Shown here: positions 1 to 9,468 of the stretch, in pieces
How the letters are laid out: every line of letters begins with the position of its first letter
How positions within the stretch are numbered: the first letter of the stretch is position 1
Origin: Candidatus Spechtbacteria bacterium SB0662_bin_43
GTDB taxonomy: Bacteria > Patescibacteriota > Minisyncoccia > Spechtbacterales > 2-12-FULL-38-22
Reading direction: 5' to 3'
Assembly: GCA_009839835.1 (NCBI GenBank)
Contig: VXOY01000010.1
Coordinates: forward strand, 4,025 to 68,024
Length of the DNA stretch: 64,000 nt
Translations under genes and position numbers: made by a program
Notes under the pieces: model-generated
What the model was told of the DNA's origin: nothing
The model's input: only the letters and a program-made list of their open reading frames with translations
Databases searched by the model: none

Positions 1-2411
1 CTATCAATATGTTTTGCTTCTGCGTTGAGCAGTGCCATCATAAACTCTGTTGGGTAGTGCGCCTTGAGGTACGCTGTTTGGTACGCTATTTCAGCGTACG
101 ACACTGCGTGGCTTCTGTTAAATCCATACCGTGCGAATCCAGGGAACAGAGACCATACTTTTTGTGCAGATTTTTTATCAATGCCGTTTTTTTTCATTCC
201 TGAAATAATTTTTGTCTCTTGTTCGTCCAGCAGTTCTTTGATTTTTTTACCGATTGCTTTGCGCAACGTGTCTGCTTCTGCAAGCGTAAATCCTGCAAGG
301 TCGCGCGCGATTTGCATCATTTGTTCTTGGTACACGCCAACGCCGTACGTATTTTTGAGGATAGGCTCTAATCTGGGGTGGTCGTATGTTGTCTCTTCTT
401 GACCGTGTTTCCTCCTAATATACGTTGGGATTAGTTCCATAGGACCTGGGCGATAGAGCGATATCATAACGACAATGTCTTCAAACTCGGTTGGTTTCAA
501 GTCTTTGAGGTAGCGACGCATCCCGCCTGACTCCAATTGGAACACGCCTGTTGTGTCTCCTTTTTGGAGTAGTTCGTATACCTTTGCGTCTTTGTGGTCT
601 ACAGTTTCAATATTTATTTCTACTCCGTGTGTTTTGTGTACCTCTTGCAGGGTATTTTCAATGATGGTGAGGTTTTTAAGACCCAGAAAGTCCATTTTAA
701 GAAGTCCTAAGTCTTCTATAGCGTGCATCTCGTATTGTGTGATAATTGTTTCTGTGTCTTTTGTTGCGTGCTGGAGGGGAATGAGTTCGGTGAGCGGTTC
801 TTTGGTAATCACGACACCGCACGCGTGTGTAGATGCGTGGCGCGTTACTCCCTCTAATCTCCGCGCGTTATCAATGAGCATTTTTGCCTGTTCGTCTGTT
901 GCGTAAATTGTTTTCAATTCCTCTACATTTTGCAGCGCATTATCCAGAGACGACATAAACGGAATCATCTTTGATATTCTGTCGCAGTACTGGTATTCGT
1001 AGTCCAGTGCGCGTCCAACGTCACGGATAGCAGCACGGGCTGCCATCGTTCCAAAGGTGATGATTTGAGCAACGTTTTCTTTTCCATATTTATCCGATAC
1101 ATACTTGAGAACCTCATCTCTTCGGGTGTCTGCAAAGTCAAGGTCAATATCTGGCATTGAGATACGGTCAGGGTTCAAGAAACGTTCAAAAATCAGCCCA
1201 TATTTTATTGGGTCAATGTTCGTAATGTTGAGAAGGTACGATACTAGTGATCCTGCAGCACTCCCTCGTCCAGGACCCACAACAATTTTGTTGTCCTTTG
1301 CCCAGATTACAAAATCTGCAACAATAAGCATATACGCCTCGTACCCCATTCTAATGATGATATTCAACTCGTAATCTAACCGTTCCAGAATCTCATTTTT
1401 TTCCTTTGATTGCGGAGCAATATCTTTGTCGTAGTCGGTGAGTGAGGATGTATCAAGACCATAGCGTTCGTGTAGCCCCAGGACGCACTGCTTTCGCAGG
1501 TACGATGCAGCAGTGTACCCTTTTGGCACTTCGTAGTGGGGGAGTTGATAATCACCCAATGGTATTTCTACATTGCACCTATCTGCTATTTTTTGTGCGT
1601 TGCTCACAGCATCAGGGTGGTCTGGGAACGCTTGGTTCATCTCTTCAGGGGAAACGATCGACAGGTCAAGGTGGGTGAGTTTCATTCTCCTTTCTTCCTT
1701 GATTGTGTTTCCTGTCTGGATTGCGAGTAGTATGTCGTGTGCGTTTTGGTCGTCTTTGTTGAGGTAGTGCGAGTCTGCTGTTGCAACCATTGGCGTATCA
1801 GTCTCTTTGCTCAGCGCAAAGATTGCTTCGTTCACTTTCTTTTGTTCAGGGTCGTTGATATTGTGCTGCACTTCTAAGTAGTAATTTTCTTTTCCAAAAA
1901 TGGCTTTGTGCTCTTCGATGATTTTTTTTGTGTCTCGCATCCTGCCCTCCAAGATAGCAGAGCCAAGTTCTCCTCCTAAACAGCCCGAGAGCGCGATAAT
2001 ACCCTCTGCGTATTTTGCGAGCGTTTCTTTATCAAGGCGAGGTTTGTAGTAGAAACCCTCCAAGTGGGAGAGGGTTGAGAGCTTGATCAGGTTCTTATAC
2101 CCTGTATTGTCTTTTGCAAGCAGGATAATGTGCCACCTTTTTTCGTTTATGTTGGGGTTTTTGTCCTGCATTGTATGACTGGTAACATACCCCTCCATTC
2201 CAATAATTGGTTTAATCCCTTGTTTTTTTGCCTCTTTGTAGAGCTCAATCGCACCATACATATTGCCGTGGTCTGTTACCGCAACTGCGTTCATTCCTAA
2301 GTCTTTTGCTCTCTGCACCAAGGCAGGTATTTTTGAGAGCCCATCCAAGAGCGAATAGTCAGAATGCGTATGGAGGTGAACAAATTGTGGTTTTGTTTTC
2401 ATTGCTTTCAT
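1..2411 (-). CDS. dnaE: DNA polymerase III alpha subunit, N-terminal ~800 codons (PHP domain); gene continues past window start
   Basis: Manual minus-strand translation from ATG at 2411 gives MKAMKTKPQFVHLHTHSDYSLLDG...AVTDHGNMYG (PHP domain); near position 1 the same frame reads FNRSHAVSYAEIAYQTAYLKAHYPTEF (DnaE finger/thumb region). No stop before the window edge, hence absent from the ORF track. Confidence 0.9.
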   Translation of the reverse strand, partial: MKAMKTKPQFVHLHTHSDYSLLDGLSKIPALVQRAKDLGMNAVAVTDHGNMYGAIELYKEAKKQGIKPIIGMEGYVTSHTMQDKNPNINEKRWHIILLAKDNTGYKNLIKLSTLSHLEGFYYKPRLDKETLAKYAEGIIALSGCLGGELGSAILEGRMRDTKKIIEEHKAIFGKENYYLEVQHNINDPEQKKVNEAIFALSKETDTPMVATADSHYLNKDDQNAHDILLAIQTGNTIKEERRMKLTHLDLSIVSPEEMNQAFPDHPDAVSNAQKIADRCNVEIPLGDYQLPHYEVPKGYTAASYLRKQCVLGLHERYGLDTSSLTDYDKDIAPQSKEKNEILERLDYELNIIIRMGYEAYMLIVADFVIWAKDNKIVVGPGRGSAAGSLVSYLLNITNIDPIKYGLIFERFLNPDRISMPDIDLDFADTRRDEVLKYVSDKYGKENVAQIITFGTMAARAAIRDVGRALDYEYQYCDRISKMIPFMSSLDNALQNVEELKTIYATDEQAKMLIDNARRLEGVTRHASTHACGVVITKEPLTELIPLQHATKDTETIITQYEMHAIEDLGLLKMDFLGLKNLTIIENTLQEVHKTHGVEINIETVDHKDAKVYELLQKGDTTGVFQLESGGMRRYLKDLKPTEFEDIVVMISLYRPGPMELIPTYIRRKHGQEETTYDHPRLEPILKNTYGVGVYQEQMMQIARDLAGFTLAEADTLRKAIGKKIKELLDEQETKIISGMKKNGIDKKSAQKVWSLFPGFARYGFNRSHAVSYAEIAYQTAYLKAHYPTEFMMALLNAEAKHID

Positions 2412-2503
2412 TCTACCATAGAATGGATTTGTAAAAGGAGTGCAGCGAGTGTAAGCCATTGGTTGATTGTTTGTGGATAATGATGTTGTGGGGTGGTGGG
2501 TAG

Positions 2504-3175
2504 GTGTTCATCCTCTCCCTTCTGCTGTTTTTGTGGTATCGTAAAAACATTGGCATGAACTTTCAGTACGAGAAAAAGGTAGCCAAGAAGTTTGGCTACC
2601 AGTACATAGCAGGTATTGACGAGGTGGGAAGAGGACCGTTGGCAGGTCCTGTTGTTGCGTGTGCGTTTATGTTTTTGAGCCATCGCGTTCCTCGTTCTGT
2701 TGTGCGACAGGTGCGGGATTCGAAAGTAGTGTCGCACAAGAAACGATGCGAGTTGTTTCGTATTTTTTGCGAGTGGAAGAACGAAGGGATTGTTGATTTT
2801 GAAACCGCCTCTGTTCGCCCCGCAACAATAGATGCGCTCAACATCCAGAAGGCAACTATTATTGCGATGAGACGAGCGTTCTCAAAACTCAAAACAAGAC
2901 CACAGTATGTTATTGTGGATAAAATATCGCATCAAGGAACACTGCTATCGTGTGATTACGAGGTTCGTGTCAAGGCAGATAGAGATGTGTTGTCGTGTGC
3001 TGCTGCGTCAATTGTGGGAAAGGTGAGGCGAGATAGCGGTATGGTACGATACCATACCCGTTACCCTGAGTATGGTTTTGCGCGCCACAAAGGGTATCCT
3101 ACTGCTGCACACTACGCAGCGTTGAGGAGGTATGGCACAACAGATATTCATCGGAAAAGTTTTCGTTTGGTGTAA
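2504..3175 (+). CDS. rnhB: Ribonuclease HII (real start probably the internal Met at 2555)
   Basis: GIDEVGRGPLAGPVV active-site motif, ~200-aa size. Confidence 0.9.
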   Translation: MFILSLLLFLWYRKNIGMNFQYEKKVAKKFGYQYIAGIDEVGRGPLAGPVVACAFMFLSHRVPRSVVRQVRDSKVVSHKKRCELFRIFCEWKNEGIVDFETASVRPATIDALNIQKATIIAMRRAFSKLKTRPQYVIVDKISHQGTLLSCDYEVRVKADRDVLSCAAASIVGKVRRDSGMVRYHTRYPEYGFARHKGYPTAAHYAALRRYGTTDIHRKSFRLV

Positions 3176-3272
3176 TCGGGGTATAGCGTTGTGTTGCATT
3201 TTTTGACAAGTTTCGTTATTGTAAGGATGTGTATTGCTCAAGCGATATTATCAGTAACTTACCTATACACGT

Positions 3273-3494
3273 ATGGCAGTCCCAAAAAATAGGCACACAA
3301 AATCACGACGTAACAAGAGGCGTTCTCATATAAAATTGTCTCCTGCACCCCACGGAATATGCGAAAAGTGCGGAGTTCGTACGCCCCCTCATTTTCTCTG
3401 CGAGAACTGCGGTTCGTACAAAGGGAGAGAAATGGTTGATGTTCTCAAGAAACGAACTAAGAAGGAAAGAAGGGAAGTAGCGACCAATGGGTAG
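3273..3494 (+). CDS. rpmF: 50S ribosomal protein L32
   Basis: MAVPKNRHTKSRRNKRRSH N-terminus typical of L32; Cys pairs CEKC...CENC zinc ribbon. Confidence 0.85.
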   Translation: MAVPKNRHTKSRRNKRRSHIKLSPAPHGICEKCGVRTPPHFLCENCGSYKGREMVDVLKKRTKKERREVATNG

Positions 3495-3551
3495 ATAAGG
3501 CAGGCAAGTTTTTCACAACGTAGTTATAGTTAGTTTGATTTTGTTCTTTTT

Positions 3552-4046
3552 ATGGCATCACGACACCTTGCTCGTTCAGTAGCACTCCAAGTTCTTTATG
3601 AATTGGATTTTTGGTGTGCGGACAATGACCTTACGCTGCAAGAATCTGATAGATACCAAAAGAAGAGTGACGTTATCACAAAGAATGTTGCTGAATTTGC
3701 TCCTGGCACCAGCGAGTTAGGGTTTATCACCTCGTTGATAGAAGGAGTTATCAAGTACCAAAAGAAGATAGACGCTATTATTGAAAAGTCGGCTCCTGAG
3801 TGGCCTCTGAGCCACATCACCACAGTTGATAGAAATGTTCTGCGAATAGGAATTTTTGAGTTATTGTGGGGTAATAGAAAAGAGGTGCCACCAAAGGTTG
3901 CGATCAACGAAGCAATAGAGTTGGCAAAGAATTTTGGCGGCGAATCATCGGGCAAGTTCGTCAACGGTGTATTGGGAGCAATTTATCGTGAAATAGGCGA
4001 GCCACAAAAAGATGAAAGGACAAGGGTGCGTTTGAATAAAGGTTAA
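3552..4046 (+). CDS. nusB: Transcription antitermination factor NusB
   Basis: [17 protein letters not shown] NusB signature, ~160 aa. Confidence 0.8.
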   Translation: MASRHLARSVALQVLYELDFWCADNDLTLQESDRYQKKSDVITKNVAEFAPGTSELGFITSLIEGVIKYQKKIDAIIEKSAPEWPLSHITTVDRNVLRIGIFELLWGNRKEVPPKVAINEAIELAKNFGGESSGKFVNGVLGAIYREIGEPQKDERTRVRLNKG

Positions 4047-4057
4047 CTCTAATAATA

Positions 4058-4756
4058 ATGGATATTAAACACGATTTTTCAGCTCTTGAGAAGAAAGTTT
4101 CTGTATCGTTCAAAGATAAAGATTTATTGAAAAAAGCATTTGTTCATCGTTCGTATATTAATGAACACCCTGAGTTTGAGATGGGTCATAACGAGCGGTT
4201 GGAATTTTTAGGGGATGCTGTCTTGGAATTAGTTGTTACCGAGTATCTCTTCCGTCATCACCACAACGCAGAGGGTGACCTCACCGCGTATCGCGCTTCA
4301 CTGGTTAATAGTAAAATGTTGGCGCGCGTGGGGAGTGATCTTGATTTTAATAATTATTTGTTGCTGTCCAAAGGTGAAGCAAAGGACATAGATGGCAGGG
4401 CGCGTAGTTTTATTATCGCAGACGCAGTAGAAGCGTTTATTGGAGCAATGCATTTAGACCAGGGTTTTGATGTTGCAAAGCGGTTTATCACCGATCACGT
4501 CATCATCCACTTGGACGAAGTTTTAGAGAAAAAATTATACCAAGATCCAAAGAGTGCACTCCAAGAAAAAGCGCAAGAAAGGAAGAGCGTTACCCCAAGA
4601 TACGAAGTATTGCGCGAGACCGGCCCTGACCACGAAAAGACGTTTTGTGTGGGCGTGTATTTTGAGAGCATCCTGGTCGCTGAAGGACAAGGTTCTAACA
4701 AACAAGAGGCAGAAGAAGACGCTGCGAAAAAGGCGCTGCAAAAAAATAATTGGTAG
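4058..4756 (+). CDS. rnc: Ribonuclease III
   Basis: ERLEFLGDAVLELVV catalytic signature plus C-terminal dsRBD (KSALQEKAQE...). Confidence 0.9.
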   Translation: MDIKHDFSALEKKVSVSFKDKDLLKKAFVHRSYINEHPEFEMGHNERLEFLGDAVLELVVTEYLFRHHHNAEGDLTAYRASLVNSKMLARVGSDLDFNNYLLLSKGEAKDIDGRARSFIIADAVEAFIGAMHLDQGFDVAKRFITDHVIIHLDEVLEKKLYQDPKSALQEKAQERKSVTPRYEVLRETGPDHEKTFCVGVYFESILVAEGQGSNKQEAEEDAAKKALQKNNW

Positions 4757-4823
4757 AATTCGCTCCACAAAGAACCTACGGTACAGCGCTGGATGCAGGA
4801 CGATAGTTCTGTACTTTACTATA

Positions 4824-6065
4824 ATGCAAAAAAATATCTCTCAACAAAACCGCAGGTTGTTTCTTTTAGGAACTATTCTATCCTGTGTTTTTGTGCTAGT
4901 GGTTTGGAGTATGGTTCTTGGTGCGCGGTCTGCGTCTGCGCAGAGTGCTGTTATTGAGGATATTCACACCATCAAAGATGGAGATTTGATACAGCAAGAA
5001 AACGACCCTGATGTCTATATCGTCAAAATTGTCGGCAACAAAGCGTTCAAAAGGCTGATACTCAATCCTGATATATTTAATTCATACGGTCACTTGTCGT
5101 GGGATGCTATTCTAACAGTACCTCCTTCTATTGTGGATGTGTATCAAACATCACGTTTGGTGATGGAGGTGTATCCTGATGGCACTCCTGTAACAGGTAG
5201 AGTGTATGTTCTTGAGCCAGATGGTGATGTTGGAGTAAAGCGATACCTCAACCTTTCACCAGAGCAATTTGAGAGCGCAGGATACGATAGAGATAGTATT
5301 TACTTTATCAACCGCCTTGAGGCAGGTCCTACCTTTTATAAAGAGGGAGAACCTATTACTCACGACACATCCACACAGCAACCTGGCACTTCTCAGTCCT
5401 CCCCAGAGAACACCCCTTCTCCTGAGCTTAATAAAGAGGAGAAAGAAGGGAGAGAAAATTGTACACAAGAGTGGCTTGAGCTTACAAAGCATGTGCTTGG
5501 AACCATAGAAGTGCTGGATGGGTTATGTATTGAGTTGATACCAAAAGACAGCGCTGTTGGAAAATTTATTCTATCAAAAAAGGTGAGTGGATTTTATGTT
5601 GTCAACGATAATAAAATAGCGGTCATTGAGGATAGGGGGTTCCAAACGTTATATTCTGAGTTGCATGAGGTGTGTCACGCACAACAGAATTGGTATTTTA
5701 CCTCGTTTTACGAAGATGGGAATATATTGACGGAGTGGATACGTACAAAAGCAGGTAGTGAATTTCTTGATATTGCTGGGTTTGAGCGAGTACGGACACA
5801 GCATGATACAATCGTATGGAGTGTTTCTTCTCGTAGTCCGTTTTTTGGAATATATGGTTACAATGATCCTATTGAGCTGGCGGCAGAGCTATGTACGTTA
5901 TCGTTCTTGTGGAAGTACGATGTGCGTGACGCTAAATACCAGTATACAAGAGATGAAATAGCAGATTTGCTACGAATAGGAAAGAGGAGCGGAGTATATG
6001 CGTGGATGCACAAATGGGTGATAGACCAGAACGAAGAAACGCTTGGTGAGCGAGAGAGAGGATGA
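4824..6065 (+). CDS. Hypothetical membrane-anchored/secreted protein with an HExxH motif (start moved to in-frame ATG 4824 to avoid overlapping rnc)
   Basis: ORF 4554..6065 overlaps rnc. In-frame Met at 4824 precedes a hydrophobic anchor LFLLGTILSCVFVLVVWSMVLGA. HEVCH motif near the C-terminus. No family recognised. Confidence 0.55.
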   Translation: MQKNISQQNRRLFLLGTILSCVFVLVVWSMVLGARSASAQSAVIEDIHTIKDGDLIQQENDPDVYIVKIVGNKAFKRLILNPDIFNSYGHLSWDAILTVPPSIVDVYQTSRLVMEVYPDGTPVTGRVYVLEPDGDVGVKRYLNLSPEQFESAGYDRDSIYFINRLEAGPTFYKEGEPITHDTSTQQPGTSQSSPENTPSPELNKEEKEGRENCTQEWLELTKHVLGTIEVLDGLCIELIPKDSAVGKFILSKKVSGFYVVNDNKIAVIEDRGFQTLYSELHEVCHAQQNWYFTSFYEDGNILTEWIRTKAGSEFLDIAGFERVRTQHDTIVWSVSSRSPFFGIYGYNDPIELAAELCTLSFLWKYDVRDAKYQYTRDEIADLLRIGKRSGVYAWMHKWVIDQNEETLGERERG

Positions 6066-6176
6066 AAACGTAATCAGTAATGTTCAATGATTGAGAATAT
6101 TGGCATATTGTCATCCCTCCATTTTTTTGTTATGATATTTTTGCTGTTATTCATAGTATGAAATAAATTATAGAGT

Positions 6177-6668
6177 ATGTTGAGACTTCGATTAAGAAGA
6201 GTAGGCAGGAAGCACGATCCGAGTTTTCGTATTGTTGTTACTGAAAATACCGCACCATTGAAGGGTAAATATTTAGAATCCATTGGTTTTTATAATGCAG
6301 TTTTAAAAAAACGAGAAGTGAACCACGAGCGAGCAAAGTACTGGTTGAGCAAAGGGGTGCAGCCCACAGATGTTGTCCATAACATCTTGGTGACCGAAGG
6401 AGTTATTGATGCCCCCAAAATCGCAGTTCATAAAAGGTCTCAAAAACAAGATCAGGGTCAAGAACAAGAGGAAAGTGAGGATGAAAAAGCAAAAGTGAAC
6501 AGCGAAGAAGGTGGTGGAGGTGAACCCAGTGAAGAGAAGAGTGCCAAAGAAGAGGAGAATAAAGAAGCAGAGGAAGTAAAGGAAGCAAAAGAAGAGAATA
6601 AGAAAGCAGGGAAGCAGGACAAGCAAGATGAAAGCGCAGAAGATGAAAAAAGTGAGACCAAAGAATAG
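6177..6668 (+). CDS. rpsP: 30S ribosomal protein S16 with ~80-aa C-terminal K/E-rich low-complexity extension
   Basis: MLRLRLRRVGRKHDPSFRIVV S16 N-terminus; tail EEESEDEKAKVNSEEGGGGEPSEEKSAKEEENKEAEEVKEAKEENKK. Confidence 0.85.
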   Translation: MLRLRLRRVGRKHDPSFRIVVTENTAPLKGKYLESIGFYNAVLKKREVNHERAKYWLSKGVQPTDVVHNILVTEGVIDAPKIAVHKRSQKQDQGQEQEESEDEKAKVNSEEGGGGEPSEEKSAKEEENKEAEEVKEAKEENKKAGKQDKQDESAEDEKSETKE

Positions 6669-6852
6669 AGGACATCTATAGGTGCCTGTGTTTTGATATG
6701 AGCACCTTTTCATCACCCATAGATTGATTGTGGTATGTGCTGTGTGTGAGTAATAGTATATTGACTTTTGCACCAGATACTATATTATAGAAGTGAGAAA
6801 TGGTCATTCTCAATTCTTAATACCATATAATTAATGTGCAGAAAATACAGAT

Positions 6853-7224
6853 ATGACTGACGACAAAGAGTTTCTTGAATATATTATAAAGGGCATTGTA
6901 AATAACCCAGACGACGTGATGGTTGAGAGAAAGGTTGATGAACTGGGTGTCCTCCTTACCTTGAAGGTGAATCCTGAAGATATGGGTCAGGTTATTGGCA
7001 AGGGTGGAGCTACTGCCCGTGCGGTCCGTACTCTACTCCGTATTGTTGGAATGAAGAGTAACGCGCGAGTCAATTTAAAAATTGAGGAGCCAGAAGGAAG
7101 CGCTCGTCGCACTTCTCAAGATGCAATGCAAGACAACGCATCAAACGAATCTCCTGAAGCCTCACAACCACAGGAGCAAGACTCAAAGGTTGACATTAAC
7201 GAGGCAATTGGTGACCTTGACTAA
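6853..7224 (+). CDS. KH-domain RNA-binding protein (YlqC/UPF0109 family) with acidic C-terminal tail
   Basis: VIGKGGATARAVRTLL KH GXXG loop; position between rpsP and trmD is the canonical one. Confidence 0.8.
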   Translation: MTDDKEFLEYIIKGIVNNPDDVMVERKVDELGVLLTLKVNPEDMGQVIGKGGATARAVRTLLRIVGMKSNARVNLKIEEPEGSARRTSQDAMQDNASNESPEASQPQEQDSKVDINEAIGDLD

Positions 7225-7236
7225 ATTTTATGTAGC

Positions 7237-7270
7237 AAAAAACCCTGCATCATACACTGCAGGGTTTTTT
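7237..7270. terminator. Rho-independent terminator hairpin (bidirectional type, A-tract / stem / T-tract)
   Basis: aaaaaaccctgca-tcatacac-tgcagggtttttt. Confidence 0.6.
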
Positions 7271-7283
7271 GTTGGCATAACCT

Positions 7284-7973
7284 ATGCAGTTTGATATTTT
7301 TACATTATTCCCCGATATCATTGATTCGTATAAGGGTGAGTCCATCATACGGCGAGCCATAGATGCTGGTGTTTTGCGCGTCCATAGCCATAACATCCGT
7401 GACTGGGCGCACGACAAGCACAGCACGGTTGACAATGTTCCGTACGGAGGTGGAGCAGGCATGGTGATGAAGGTAGAACCAATTTATAGGGCGATATGCG
7501 ATTGCTCGCTGTTTGAAATCAAGACAACAGAGCGTGGACTTGTACATAGCGATAAGCAACGGATTATTTTGTTGTCTGCAAAAGGGGAGCGGTTCACACA
7601 ACAAAAGGCACAAGAATTAGCGCAATACGAACACATTATGTTGATATGTGGGAGGTACGAAGGCGTTGATGAACGAGTTACGACCTATATTGCGGATGAA
7701 GAGATTTCTATTGGTGAGTACGTTTTGACAGGAGGAGAGATCCCCGCGCTCGTTCTTTTGGACGCTGTTGCGCGTCTCCACAAGGGCGTATTGGGGAATG
7801 TTGAGTCGCTCAAAGAGGAGTCGTTTACCACAGGTCACCCAAAGGAGTATCCGCACTACACCAGGCCTGCGGTTTTTTCTCCAAAACCAGGCGTGGAATG
7901 GAAAACACCCGATATTCTTTTGTCGGGGAATCATCAGGAAATTCAAAAGTGGAGGCAACAAGATTCTCGGTAA
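7284..7973 (+). CDS. trmD: tRNA (guanine37-N1)-methyltransferase
   Basis: MQFDIFTLFPDI...VPYGGGAGMVMKVEP TrmD signature. Confidence 0.9.
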   Translation: MQFDIFTLFPDIIDSYKGESIIRRAIDAGVLRVHSHNIRDWAHDKHSTVDNVPYGGGAGMVMKVEPIYRAICDCSLFEIKTTERGLVHSDKQRIILLSAKGERFTQQKAQELAQYEHIMLICGRYEGVDERVTTYIADEEISIGEYVLTGGEIPALVLLDAVARLHKGVLGNVESLKEESFTTGHPKEYPHYTRPAVFSPKPGVEWKTPDILLSGNHQEIQKWRQQDSR

Positions 7974-8508
7974 GAGTGAAGAAGAAAGCGGTATGTTAAT
8001 GGAGGGTACGTATGAAAATCCCACACTTTAATTCAGTGTGGGATTGATAGGAGGTGTGTCTTGGAAGTGAAAGTACGCAGTAGAGGAATCGTTGAGTTTT
8101 TGTACTTGTAGCGTGCCACAGATGATGCACTCCAAGATGAGTTTTGCAATGTCGTAAAACGTAAAGGTGCGACATGTGCACCGTATGCAGGACGTTATTC
8201 CTTCTACTCCTCTGAACATCACTTCTCCTTTCTGGTATCAGTACACTGTATTTATACACTATATTCGATGTAGTATCAATTGTATTGATGGTATGTAGGC
8301 GAAGGGGCGAGTACTGTTTTCAACAATCACATCAATCAATAGTACAAGAGTAGATTGTTCGTATGCAAGACATCAAGGATGTGCAGTGCTGTGTGTGGCA
8401 GGGTTCTTGACTTTATATATTAGTGTGTTATTCTATAGATAGTTCTTGAACACAAGACCTCTGCATGTGTTGTGAATACAGGGGTTTTCAAAAGAAAGGA
8501 AGTTTCTG

Positions 8509-9300
8509 ATGGCTACGAAGGACTATCCTGCATTGAGCAGGGAGCCTTTGCGGGTTCATCACAGGGCTGTCGTGGGATTGAGCGATAAGAACCTACGCGG
8601 ACAGGAGATGATGGACGAGTTCCTCATAGGATCGTTCTGGAGGAGAATCTTTGATGGAGTCAAGGAACCATTGTTTGAGTGCTATGATGAGTACATGACG
8701 TTGGATCTTGTTGTGCTCACGCCACAAGAGGTTGGATTGCACACAGACAATAGGATTTCTTTGTCATCTTTCTTCTCGCACGTTGTGCGCACTTTTCCTG
8801 AATTAGAGCTCGTAAAGCCAGAAGTTGCTTTTCGGGTACAAAGAGACTACGATCTGGAGATTGGGGAGGCACACTATTTTGCGATTCCTCAACCAGGCGT
8901 CATCATGCGTGACTACGATCTTGGTACGCGGGAAATAGGGTTTGGTCTTTCGCACGGAGGCCTACGACTGATGGGTGTGCCGCACTTGCAAAAAGAGAAC
9001 GCCGTGTATCGGATTCTACAACCTGTTCCTCGTTACGACATCCATTGGACTAGACACGATGTCAGGTGGGTGTTTGCGTTGAAGGCGCAGGTTGATATGG
9101 GTGCGACGCCCACTGATGAGAATATTCGCGAGTCCTCTCACCAGAGCAGTGGCAATACTGGTGTTTCGTATGACGCACGGAGTCATTACCAAACAGCGCA
9201 GAATGGTGATGGGTTAATCTTTGATGACAAGTCAACGGAAGAACAGATGGACAGGGATCTTGACGACGCACTGTCATTTCTGAAGAGAGTCCACCGATGA
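8509..9300 (+). CDS. Hypothetical protein, GC-rich (~55%) gene with GAAAGGAAG SD-like leader
   Basis: Clean 263-aa ORF. Composition clearly higher GC than flanks. No recognisable motifs. Confidence 0.55.
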   Translation: MATKDYPALSREPLRVHHRAVVGLSDKNLRGQEMMDEFLIGSFWRRIFDGVKEPLFECYDEYMTLDLVVLTPQEVGLHTDNRISLSSFFSHVVRTFPELELVKPEVAFRVQRDYDLEIGEAHYFAIPQPGVIMRDYDLGTREIGFGLSHGGLRLMGVPHLQKENAVYRILQPVPRYDIHWTRHDVRWVFALKAQVDMGATPTDENIRESSHQSSGNTGVSYDARSHYQTAQNGDGLIFDDKSTEEQMDRDLDDALSFLKRVHR

Positions 9301-9468
9301 CTCCCTGATACGGCAGAATACACATTCTGCCGTTTTTCTTTTTTAATATGCGAATGTAAGTCTGGTTGCAAGGATACAGGTGTTGACAAAATCATATATA
9401 TATATAATCATAGTGGTTCCAGTCATACGATTGGGATAGAGACTGTGCTCAAGAAAGGAGCGTAGGAA

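Noticed and set aside
4554-4823. Upstream extension of the 4554..6065 ORF (MHSKKKRKKGRALPQ...).
   Set aside because: It overlaps the 3' third of rnc in another frame. An in-frame ATG at 4824 followed by a signal/anchor sequence gives a non-overlapping, more plausible start.
6303-6773. 156-aa minus-strand ORF (and 6403..6675, 6458..6661).
   Set aside because: Antisense to the repetitive K/E-rich tail of rpsP, so repeat-driven spurious ORFs.
9383-9408. TTGACA ... TATAAT pair in the (TA)n tract upstream of the GalT-like gene as a promoter.
   Set aside because: Spacer is only ~14 nt. The -10 match is generated by the microsatellite itself.
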